The position numbers and the translations under genes are program-made. This document shows, in pieces, positions 7,917-16,138 of a DNA stretch of 64,000 nucleotides. Positions within the stretch are counted from its first letter, which is position 1, and each line of letters begins with the position of its first letter. The stretch comes from Methanobacteriota archaeon (GTDB taxonomy: Archaea; Thermoplasmatota; E2; DHVEG-1): assembly GCA_963769885.1 (NCBI GenBank), contig CAVYNH010000005.1, positions 1 to 64,000 of the forward strand. Direction: 5' to 3'. The notes under the pieces are model-generated. The model saw only the letters and a list, made by a program, of their open reading frames with translations. It did not search any database and was not told the origin of the DNA.

Positions 7917-9341
7917 TCACTGCCTCTTCTTCGTATAGAGCAAGACCACGAGGAAGACGACGGCGAGTACGACGATGGCTGCGATGAGGAGGAGCCAGGG
8001 GAAGCCGGCAGCGGTGGTTTGTGGTTCCTGGAGGGTGAAGGTGCCGCTGGCGGGGTTATAGAAGTAGGTGCCGTTCGCGGTGAAGGTGTAGGTGCCGTCC
8101 GCGAGTCGATGGACGGGGGTCGTGGTGCGGCTGGTGTTGCTGTAGAAGGTGTCGAGGATCCCGTCATCGTTGGCGTCGTAGAGGCAGCCGAGGCTGCCGA
8201 GGAAGGTGACGTTAATGTAGACCGTGGCCTCACCCGGCGATGAGAGATTGATGTTGTCGGTGGCGGTGGCTGTAATGGTGTACCGGCCTGCGAAAGTCCA
8301 GGTATGAGAGATGATGTACGGCGTTCTGTCAGCTAGGAAGTCGCTGGTATTGTGGGTGCCGTCGCCCCAGTTGACGGTGTATTGGAGTGGATAGTTTTCG
8401 GTGTCGATGGATGTGATGCTGAAAGTGTATGCGTGACGTTTCGTTCCTTCGCTGGGTCCGATGATGGACGGTCTGGCTGGTGGTTGGTTGACGGTGATAA
8501 TCTGGATGGTGGTGTTGTAAGTTCCGGTTTTACCGCCATTGTCTGTAACGGTGAGATGTACAATGTAGTTGCCAGTAGTGTGGTATGTGTGATTGGTAAT
8601 GGGTCCGGTGCCGGTAGTGGTGTCGCCGAAGTCCCAGGCGTAGGAAGTGATATGGCCGTCAGGGTCATAGCTATGGGTAGCATCGAAGGTGACGGTGACA
8701 TTGACGATGTCGATGGTCTGGGTGGTAATGAAGGCGGTGGGGGGTTGATTCTCTGAAGTGCCACCACCTCCGTTGCCTCCACCTCCGCCGCCTGTGGTGC
8801 CGCCGTTGCAGACGATGGTGTAGAGTTGTGGCTTGATGGCGGGGCAGGGGAAGGAGTAGCTGGACTGGGTGCGCATGTTTTGCAGGACGGTGCCGTTCAT
8901 GGTACAAAGAGTGATGTTCTTGTATTCAGTGTTCGTGAGGTTTGCGGGGTTCCAAGTGAGGGTGACCGTGGTGGGGCTGGCGTAGTCGGCGGGGATCCAT
9001 TGGATGGTGAGGTTCCAGGTTTTGTCAGTGTCTGGGCCGTGTCGGTAGTCTTTCCAGAGCTGGGTGTAGGGGATGGGGAGGTGGTCGCTAAAGGTGAGTC
9101 GGAGGTACGGGGTGAACGGTGGGGGAGGTACGGCGATGTCATAGTGATCCGGTGGGAGGCCGTCGTTGGCGTCGGCGGCTTCGCCGAAGGTGGCGGTGTC
9201 GCCGTGGTTTGTGGTGTTTTCGGTGGCGGTGAGGGTGCAGCTCCAGGGGATGGCTGAGGCTGCTCGGGTGGTCGTGGTGGTGGTGAGGGCGGCTGCCGTG
9301 AGGAGGATGATGCCGAGAAGGAGGATCGTGGTTTTTGTCAA
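7917..9341 (-). CDS. Membrane-anchored surface protein: signal peptide, shared module X, Gly linker, 2 PKD domains, C-terminal TM
   Basis: Hydrophobic N-terminus. DTATFGEAADANDG module. PKD motifs WDFGD and VNWGDG. C-terminal TM followed by KKRQ. Confidence 0.85.
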   Translation of the reverse strand: MTKTTILLLGIILLTAAALTTTTTTRAASAIPWSCTLTATENTTNHGDTATFGEAADANDGLPPDHYDIAVPPPPFTPYLRLTFSDHLPIPYTQLWKDYRHGPDTDKTWNLTIQWIPADYASPTTVTLTWNPANLTNTEYKNITLCTMNGTVLQNMRTQSSYSFPCPAIKPQLYTIVCNGGTTGGGGGGNGGGGTSENQPPTAFITTQTIDIVNVTVTFDATHSYDPDGHITSYAWDFGDTTTGTGPITNHTYHTTGNYIVHLTVTDNGGKTGTYNTTIQIITVNQPPARPSIIGPSEGTKRHAYTFSITSIDTENYPLQYTVNWGDGTHNTSDFLADRTPYIISHTWTFAGRYTITATATDNINLSSPGEATVYINVTFLGSLGCLYDANDDGILDTFYSNTSRTTTPVHRLADGTYTFTANGTYFYNPASGTFTLQEPQTTAAGFPWLLLIAAIVVLAVVFLVVLLYTKKRQ

Positions 9342-9478
9342 GGGGTGGACCTCTGTGGGGTTTGTAGGGGGTTGGTACTTATCTTTTTTTCCTTAGGGGG
9401 GTGGTTTCGGTGAGGAAAGGAAGATGCCAAGGATGGCGCTTTTTTAGTCATCCTTGGGTTCTGCGTACGAGGTACGGT

Positions 9479-12370
9479 TTAGGCTCGTTTGAGTTCGCAG
9501 GGCTGGTAGGCGTAGATCCAGATGCTGGTGCCGGGGCTGAGGGTGGTGATCATCTCGTAGGCTTGGGTGCTGCGTTGCCAGTCGAAGAGGTCTTTCATGA
9601 CGAGCGGGGACCCGTAGGCGTTGTCGGTGGAGGTGGCCTGTGCCCAGGTGTATTCCACGCCGAGGTAGCGGACGACGAGGCTGACCTTGTCGACAGGTAG
9701 GGTGTAGGGGATGCCGAAGGCGTTCCAGCCGATGGTCAGTGGCGTGATGTAGGTGTCGGTGACCATGGGGTTGAGGTTGGTCGCCCAGATCTCGCAGTCG
9801 GCGTAGGCGTACATCCAGTAGCCGCGGCCGGCCTTCAGGGTGCCGGTGAGGCTGTAGTTCTGGGTTGTGCGTAGCCAGTCGTAGAGCGTGTCCATGACGA
9901 TGTGGTCGGTGACCGCTGTTGCCCAGGTTTTTCGTTGTCCGCCGACGATCACGTAGAGATTGACCTTGGTAATGGTCTGGTTGAAGGGTAGCGAGAAGTA
10001 GTTCCAGCCAGTGACCGCGTTCGTGATGCATAACTCGGAGTAGATGGTGAAGTGGTTGGTGGCGCTGGTGACGCGGTTGTTGCTGGTGTCCCGGACCCAG
10101 ATCGTGAAGTTGTAGGTGCCGGTGTAGCCGTAGGTCGTAACGTTGAAGTAGACGTCGCCGCCGTCACGGACTAGGGAGACGTTGACGGGCGTGAATCCGG
10201 CGGGGCCGTCGACGCTGACCCGCTCCTCCTGCAGCATGACGTTGTCGGTGATGGTCGCGGAGAGGGTGACCGGCTGGCCGACAAGCTGGGAGGAGGGCGT
10301 GGCGACGATGAGGCTGATCTGCGGGAACTCGTCATCGAAAACGGTGATGGCCCTGGGGTCGTTGGTCCGGGTGTTAGGAACGCTGTCGTAGGCGGAGACC
10401 GTGTAGGTGTGGCCGGTGATGTTGTTGTTGGGCGCGATGTAGACGTACTCCCAGCGCAGCGTGGTCGTGTTCCAGGTCATGGCATGGCCGGTGGCGTCGA
10501 TGGTCGCGGTGGCACCGACGACGGCGATGTTGTCGGTGGCCTGCAGCCAGAGCGTGACGTTATTGCCGGTGCCGACGGTGACGGCCGTGGAGTTCGCGGT
10601 AATGGTCGGGGCGTCATCGTCGCTGACGGTGATCGTGTAGAGGTAGCTCCTCGTCGTATAGGCGGCGTCGCTGACGAAGACGCGGTAGGTGTGTGGCAGT
10701 GTGCTGCTGGTTGGGGCGACGAAGGTATACTCGTATCGTCCCCCATTCAAGGTCATCGTGTGGTTGACGCCGTCGACGAGGGCGTCGACTGCGGTGATCG
10801 CGATGTTCTCGGTAGCCTGGACCCAGAGGATTTCCGAGTTGCCTGTCCCGGTGGAGATGTTGTCGGAGGTGCCGGTGATGACAGGCGGGTCGTCATCCAC
10901 AACCGTGATTGTGAATGTCGCGGTACTGGCGGTGTTTGGCACGGCATCAGCTAGCGTCATCGAGTAGGTGTGGCTGGCTGTACTCCCGGATGGGACTTGA
11001 TAAAGATATTCCCAGCGGAGCGTGGTCGTGTTCCAGGTCATGTCATGCGGTGTGCTGTCTATCGTCACCACCCCGGAGACGACCGCGATGTTATCCGTGC
11101 CTTGAACCCAGAGGACTTCCTGGTTCCCGGTCCCGGTGGAGATTGCGGTGGAGGAGGCACTGATCTGAGGCGCGTCGTCATCATAGAGCGTGATCGTGTA
11201 TAGACTGCTAGTCTTGGTGTTTAATGCGCTGTCCGAGAGGCTGACGGTGTAGGAGACTGGGTCGAGGCTATTGGCTGGCGTGGTGTAGTCGTACTCCCAA
11301 CGGGAGCTGGCTCCGATCCAGGTCATCGCATAGTCTGTGATCCCGATGGTCGCCTTGGCGCTGGTCACCTGGATGTTGTCGATGCCTTGTACCCAGAGCG
11401 TAACCACGTCGTTCGTTCCTGCATCCATATCTCCGGAGGCTCCGGTGATGGTCGGTGCCTCGTCGTCGATGACAGTGGCATGAATGGCTGAGGTGTAGAT
11501 CGAATTTGGGATCTTGGCGCTGTCGATAGCGTAGATATGATAGATGATGTCGCTAACGGTGTAGTTGTCCAGGGTGACGGTCTTGGTGAAGGTGTTGTCG
11601 CTGCCAGTGTAAGTGAGCGTGTCGTTGCCAGCGTGACTACCGTGGGCCCAGTTGACTTTCGCTGTGATCTGCTCCGGCGGTGCGATATTGTCGGTGATGT
11701 TAACGTTGAATGTGAAGGAGTCACCGGTTTCGCCGCTTGCGGGGGAATGGTTGATGATCACGGGGGGTGCTTGGTCGACGATGCAGCGGATCCTGAAGTT
11801 CTGGAGCGTGACCGCGGGGCAGGTGAAGGTGTAATGGTCCGTCGTCCTCATGTCGACGAGGGGCGTGCCGTCGGTTTTGTATAAGTAGACGTAATCGTAT
11901 TCACTGAGTCCGATGCTTGCGGTGCTCCAGGTGAGAGTAACGCTCGCTGGGGAGGAGTAGTCGTCAGGGACCCATTGGACGGTGAGGTTCCAGATGGTGG
12001 TGAGGCCTTGGTAGTGGCGGTAGTCTTTCCAGAGTTGGTTGTGGGGGGTGGGGAGGCTGTCGTTGAGGAAAATGCAGACATAGGGCGGGATGGGGGCCGG
12101 CGGTTTGGCGACATCGTAGGCGTCTGGAGGTGGGCCGCCGTGCGCATCGACTGCTTCGCCGAAGGTCGCGGTGTCGGTTTTCCCGCTTGCTGTCGCGGTG
12201 AGAACAGCATCCCAGGATGCGTCTCTGCCTTCGGATCCTTTACTCTGCGGGGTTGGTCCGAGGGAGAGGGTGGCGGAGGCGACGAGGCAGAGGGAAAGAA
12301 GGAAGAGCGCTAGGATGATGAGCGCTCCCGGGATAGAGTTGTCCCTTGCAAGTCCTCGCCGCATCGGCAA
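9479..12370 (-). CDS. Large secreted protein: module X, about 6 Ig-like repeats (DDxxP), 2 C-terminal GWN...PGxGYW modules
   Basis: Signal peptide. DTATFGEAVDAHGG. ~95-aa repeats with LWVQxTDNI/DDDAP. Tandem GWNYFSLP...GRGYWMYAY. No TM anchor. Confidence 0.85.
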   Translation of the reverse strand: MPMRRGLARDNSIPGALIILALFLLSLCLVASATLSLGPTPQSKGSEGRDASWDAVLTATASGKTDTATFGEAVDAHGGPPPDAYDVAKPPAPIPPYVCIFLNDSLPTPHNQLWKDYRHYQGLTTIWNLTVQWVPDDYSSPASVTLTWSTASIGLSEYDYVYLYKTDGTPLVDMRTTDHYTFTCPAVTLQNFRIRCIVDQAPPVIINHSPASGETGDSFTFNVNITDNIAPPEQITAKVNWAHGSHAGNDTLTYTGSDNTFTKTVTLDNYTVSDIIYHIYAIDSAKIPNSIYTSAIHATVIDDEAPTITGASGDMDAGTNDVVTLWVQGIDNIQVTSAKATIGITDYAMTWIGASSRWEYDYTTPANSLDPVSYTVSLSDSALNTKTSSLYTITLYDDDAPQISASSTAISTGTGNQEVLWVQGTDNIAVVSGVVTIDSTPHDMTWNTTTLRWEYLYQVPSGSTASHTYSMTLADAVPNTASTATFTITVVDDDPPVITGTSDNISTGTGNSEILWVQATENIAITAVDALVDGVNHTMTLNGGRYEYTFVAPTSSTLPHTYRVFVSDAAYTTRSYLYTITVSDDDAPTITANSTAVTVGTGNNVTLWLQATDNIAVVGATATIDATGHAMTWNTTTLRWEYVYIAPNNNITGHTYTVSAYDSVPNTRTNDPRAITVFDDEFPQISLIVATPSSQLVGQPVTLSATITDNVMLQEERVSVDGPAGFTPVNVSLVRDGGDVYFNVTTYGYTGTYNFTIWVRDTSNNRVTSATNHFTIYSELCITNAVTGWNYFSLPFNQTITKVNLYVIVGGQRKTWATAVTDHIVMDTLYDWLRTTQNYSLTGTLKAGRGYWMYAYADCEIWATNLNPMVTDTYITPLTIGWNAFGIPYTLPVDKVSLVVRYLGVEYTWAQATSTDNAYGSPLVMKDLFDWQRSTQAYEMITTLSPGTSIWIYAYQPCELKRA

Positions 12371-15300
12371 TCATCGCTCCAAGTGGCAGTCGACGTACGA
12401 ATACATCCAGTAGCCTTCTCCGGGGGTAAAGTGGTCCGGCATGGTGTATTGTTGGATCGCGCGGTCCCAGCCGTAGATGACGCCGAGGATGTAGTGGTTC
12501 GAGACCGCGGTGTTCCAGGCGTATCGGGTTCCACCGTAGTTGACGTAGAGCGGGAGCGTGGCGGGGTAGACGGTGGTGTCTGTCGGGACGCCCATCATAC
12601 TCCAGAGGTGCAGGTTCGTGACGGAGCCGCTCCAGACTGCGTTGCTGGGGAAGCGGAGGGTGACTGGTTCATAAGCCCAGACCCAGTAGGCTTCTCCGGG
12701 CGTGAACGTGGTCACTGGCGTCGGGCTGTATTGCTGTGTGGACCGATCCCAGCTGTAGACGCGGTCCATGACCTTCCCGTCATCGTGGGCTTGGGCCCAT
12801 GAGTGGTTGACGCCGCCGTAGCGGACGATGATGTCCGCCTTGTTGATTGGCGCGTCGCAGGGGTTTGAAACCAGATTCCAGTATTGGGCGAGTGCGGTGT
12901 TGTGGAGCCCGATGACTGTAATCAGGATGACCGCGGGGTCGGAGATCAGGCCGTCGTTGTCGGTGACGGTGAAGGTGAAGTTGTCTCTTGCGGCGTATCC
13001 TAAAGCTGGGATGTAGTAGAGGCTCGGGGTTGTTATAGTTGGGACAGCGGTTATCTGAGACCCGCCGAGTGTCCAGAGGGTCCCGTGCGATGGCAGCTGG
13101 GTGACTGTGTAGGTAGTGACGGTGCCATCGGCATCTGTTCCACTAAGGGCAATCGAGGTGTTGTATTCCTGGTATGTGGTGATGCTCTGTGGTGCCGCGA
13201 CGGGCGGGTTTACGCAACAGCTGACCTTGAAATGTACGATGCTTCCATCAGGGACCGCTAAGGCAGTATAGCTTCCTGCGACCATCATGTTGGCGAGAAC
13301 TGTATTCGTGGCATCCAGAAATTGGATACGTGTGTACTCGCTGGTGGTGATTGCGCTCCAGGTGATGGTGATGTCATGGGTGCCGGCGTCATCGAAGAAG
13401 ACCTGGGTGTAGATGTCGTAGACGAGGGAGCCGTGGAGGAACTTCCGGTAGTCCTTAAAGAGCCGGGTATAGGGTGCTGCGAGGCCGGCGTTGCTCCAGG
13501 CGGAGATGAAGGGAGCTGGCGGGTTTGAGGGTTTGGGGATGTCTGAGGCGTCCGCGCCGTCTTGGGCCGCGACTTTTTCACCGATGACCACGTAGTCCGT
13601 GCAGCTTCCGCTGCTGAAGTAGAGGGTCGTTTCCCAGTCAGCGGTAGGGATGTACGGTGAGAAGAGGACGTTTCCGGTCACATGGTCGCCAGTCCCAAGC
13701 ATCAATCCAGTGTTGGGCCCGGTGGAGCTTCCCCAATAATTGTACCTAGCATCGAGCTGGGTCGGCCCGTTCCAGATGAGCCCGGCGCCGTTGTCCTTGA
13801 ATACGTTGTAATGGATTATAGTTCCGATGGGGTAGGCCGTGCTCCCGCCGCTGAACCCGTTTGTCCCTAGGAAGCTCTTATCGCAACCGGTGATGGTATT
13901 CTGCAGAATCATGGTGTCTGTGACGTACCCAGAGAGCCGAATCGCGAAGCTTGAGGGTGTCGTGGAGACCCCGGTGATGACGTTGCCTTTGATAACGGTG
14001 TTGGAGATTTCACCGTTATGCCCGTCGCCCCAGGCGAAGTTGTCTATTGCGATGCCTCGCTCGAGCGGTTGAACGTTGGTGATGATATTGTCGCTGATGA
14101 CGACGTTCGAGTAGGTCCCAGTATCCGTCGGATCACCCAAGAAATAGCCCTTCCAAGCGCCGGAGAAGCTAATGCCAGTGACCGGCGTCGCATGCGAAAC
14201 AGTATGGACGTCGATCGTGTTGTTGCTGATCTTCTGCAGGCTGGTGATGTTGACGTCATCGTAGGTCATGTAATAGATGGCATCACCCGCGTTGCTGCAG
14301 GTACCCAGCGTGTTGTAGCTGATGTCGGTTGACCCCGGGTTTGTCTCCACGAGGATACTGTTCCCACTGATCTGTGTGAGAATATTATACTGGAAGACGA
14401 CATGTTCTTGGCCGCCGTTAAGGTAGAGCCCGTAGTCTTCTGAATCTAAGGGATTGTTCTGTCCGATGATCTTGTTGTAGGTGATGGTGTAGGTCGCTGA
14501 AGAGGAGCTGGATGCAGCGAAGATACCGATGTTGGTTTTGCCATCGCCGCCATCGCCGCCATTCAGCGGTCCGCCGGCGTTCTGGACCGTGAACCCGGTG
14601 AAGACGACGTTGCCGGTCGCGACGATCCGGATTAACCCCCCAGCAGTAAGGGTGGCGTCACTGCCATCAATAATCGTACTTGCCCAGCCTGCACCCTGAA
14701 TCGTGAGCGCCTTGTTGATGGTTATCTGGCTTTCATGGTATGTCCCGGCAGCGACCTGGATGGTGTGGCCATCGAGGGTAGCAGGGTCGTCAATAGCGTC
14801 TTGAATCTTATAATAGATCTTCCCTGTGTTTGTGTTCTTGATTGGTCCATTTGCGAAATAAATGGCGCTTGTTAATTCAGCGGCAACCTCGGTACAGAAA
14901 TACGAATTCCAGGGATCGTACCAACCGCCACAGGTATGTTGAGTGGACGCGATCCAGTTATAGGCTTGGTTTATGATTGCCTGATACGCCGTTCTATTGT
15001 AGTTCGCGAGGCTCATGACTGCATAGGCGGTGGACTGCCAGTCCCAATCATCAGTATGACAGCCATAGCAATAGCTGAATGCTCCTGGGGTCGCGGGTCC
15101 GGTATATCGGCATTCTAGGAGAGTCGTTATCAGATTTGGTATCTTGTCAGTGTGGGAGTTTGAATACGCGAACGCATCAATCAAGCCTGAGATGCCCAGG
15201 GTGTACCACCAATAATCCTCGACATTATAATCAGGATCCCAACCTGCACAGCGGTCCAAGTCAAAATACCGCAGTCCTGTCCCGTAGGTGTCCTGGTACA

Positions 15301-16117
15301 TGACATCTGCTATGGCGATGGCATCCGCCGCATAAGTGCCACCATACCGAACTCCCAACATCTGGGCTACGCGTGCCCAAGGAGCAATGTTCCATGGGAT
15401 GATACCATTGTCATACCCCTGATTATGGCGCCTATTGAGAATGGCGGTGGCCAGCGCGCCTGCCGTTCCATTTGAGGCAATCGCGGCATCGTACTTCGCC
15501 TTAGCAGCATCCTTATACGTGGTTCCCGTGACTCCGGGGAGATCGTTGTATAACATGAGGAAGATAAGGTCGTTTCCGGTTCGAATCCCAGAGTCTCCAA
15601 CCATATAATCAGCTGCGTCTTTCATCGCGACTTTATAGGAGGAAACCGGGTCCGCCAGATAGGCATAATACAGTCCTAGGGCTGTCACTCCATAGGTGTT
15701 CTCTGGACTGGGCGCGGAAGTGTGGACGTATTCGCCACTTAGAAGCGTCCAATCCCAGCCACCATCCTCTGGATCTGCAGGAATCTCTGTCGTTCCAGGG
15801 TACCCATTTCCTGCATTATCCTCCGTGATATCTGCCTGCGAATGCCTCAGATAATCTGCCCCTTTCGACAGGGCATCGCTCAAATCAAAGCTAGGGTTCT
15901 GTGGGGGTGCATATCCAGCTTTTTTAACCTGCGGTGTCAGCAACCAGTCGGTGCAATCACTGGAGGGTGTTAGCCCGGGGTGATGAATAGTCTTTTGCTT
16001 ACTTGAGTTTGTAAGGTTCCCCGCGGTCGCCATCGGCAAAAACACCATGGCACACATCGTGACTGCGACAAACGCAGCGAGCAGCTTTTTCTGTTGGTTT
16101 CCTTCCTCTTTTCCCAT
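12371..16117 (-). CDS. Large secreted multidomain protein: (alpha/alpha)-toroid-like domain, right-handed beta-helix, module X, Ig/cadherin-like domain, 2 C-terminal WN...PGxGYW modules
   Basis: Signal peptide. DGGWDW and QHTCGGW resemble prenyltransferase/squalene-cyclase repeats. IQDAID...GTYHE and I.xN.I beta-helix repeats. DYVVIGE...QDG..SDIPKP is module X. Confidence 0.8.
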   Translation of the reverse strand: MGKEEGNQQKKLLAAFVAVTMCAMVFLPMATAGNLTNSSKQKTIHHPGLTPSSDCTDWLLTPQVKKAGYAPPQNPSFDLSDALSKGADYLRHSQADITEDNAGNGYPGTTEIPADPEDGGWDWTLLSGEYVHTSAPSPENTYGVTALGLYYAYLADPVSSYKVAMKDAADYMVGDSGIRTGNDLIFLMLYNDLPGVTGTTYKDAAKAKYDAAIASNGTAGALATAILNRRHNQGYDNGIIPWNIAPWARVAQMLGVRYGGTYAADAIAIADVMYQDTYGTGLRYFDLDRCAGWDPDYNVEDYWWYTLGISGLIDAFAYSNSHTDKIPNLITTLLECRYTGPATPGAFSYCYGCHTDDWDWQSTAYAVMSLANYNRTAYQAIINQAYNWIASTQHTCGGWYDPWNSYFCTEVAAELTSAIYFANGPIKNTNTGKIYYKIQDAIDDPATLDGHTIQVAAGTYHESQITINKALTIQGAGWASTIIDGSDATLTAGGLIRIVATGNVVFTGFTVQNAGGPLNGGDGGDGKTNIGIFAASSSSSATYTITYNKIIGQNNPLDSEDYGLYLNGGQEHVVFQYNILTQISGNSILVETNPGSTDISYNTLGTCSNAGDAIYYMTYDDVNITSLQKISNNTIDVHTVSHATPVTGISFSGAWKGYFLGDPTDTGTYSNVVISDNIITNVQPLERGIAIDNFAWGDGHNGEISNTVIKGNVITGVSTTPSSFAIRLSGYVTDTMILQNTITGCDKSFLGTNGFSGGSTAYPIGTIIHYNVFKDNGAGLIWNGPTQLDARYNYWGSSTGPNTGLMLGTGDHVTGNVLFSPYIPTADWETTLYFSSGSCTDYVVIGEKVAAQDGADASDIPKPSNPPAPFISAWSNAGLAAPYTRLFKDYRKFLHGSLVYDIYTQVFFDDAGTHDITITWSAITTSEYTRIQFLDATNTVLANMMVAGSYTALAVPDGSIVHFKVSCCVNPPVAAPQSITTYQEYNTSIALSGTDADGTVTTYTVTQLPSHGTLWTLGGSQITAVPTITTPSLYYIPALGYAARDNFTFTVTDNDGLISDPAVILITVIGLHNTALAQYWNLVSNPCDAPINKADIIVRYGGVNHSWAQAHDDGKVMDRVYSWDRSTQQYSPTPVTTFTPGEAYWVWAYEPVTLRFPSNAVWSGSVTNLHLWSMMGVPTDTTVYPATLPLYVNYGGTRYAWNTAVSNHYILGVIYGWDRAIQQYTMPDHFTPGEGYWMYSYVDCHLER

Positions 16118-16138
16118 ATCGTTGTTTCCTCCTTCTTC

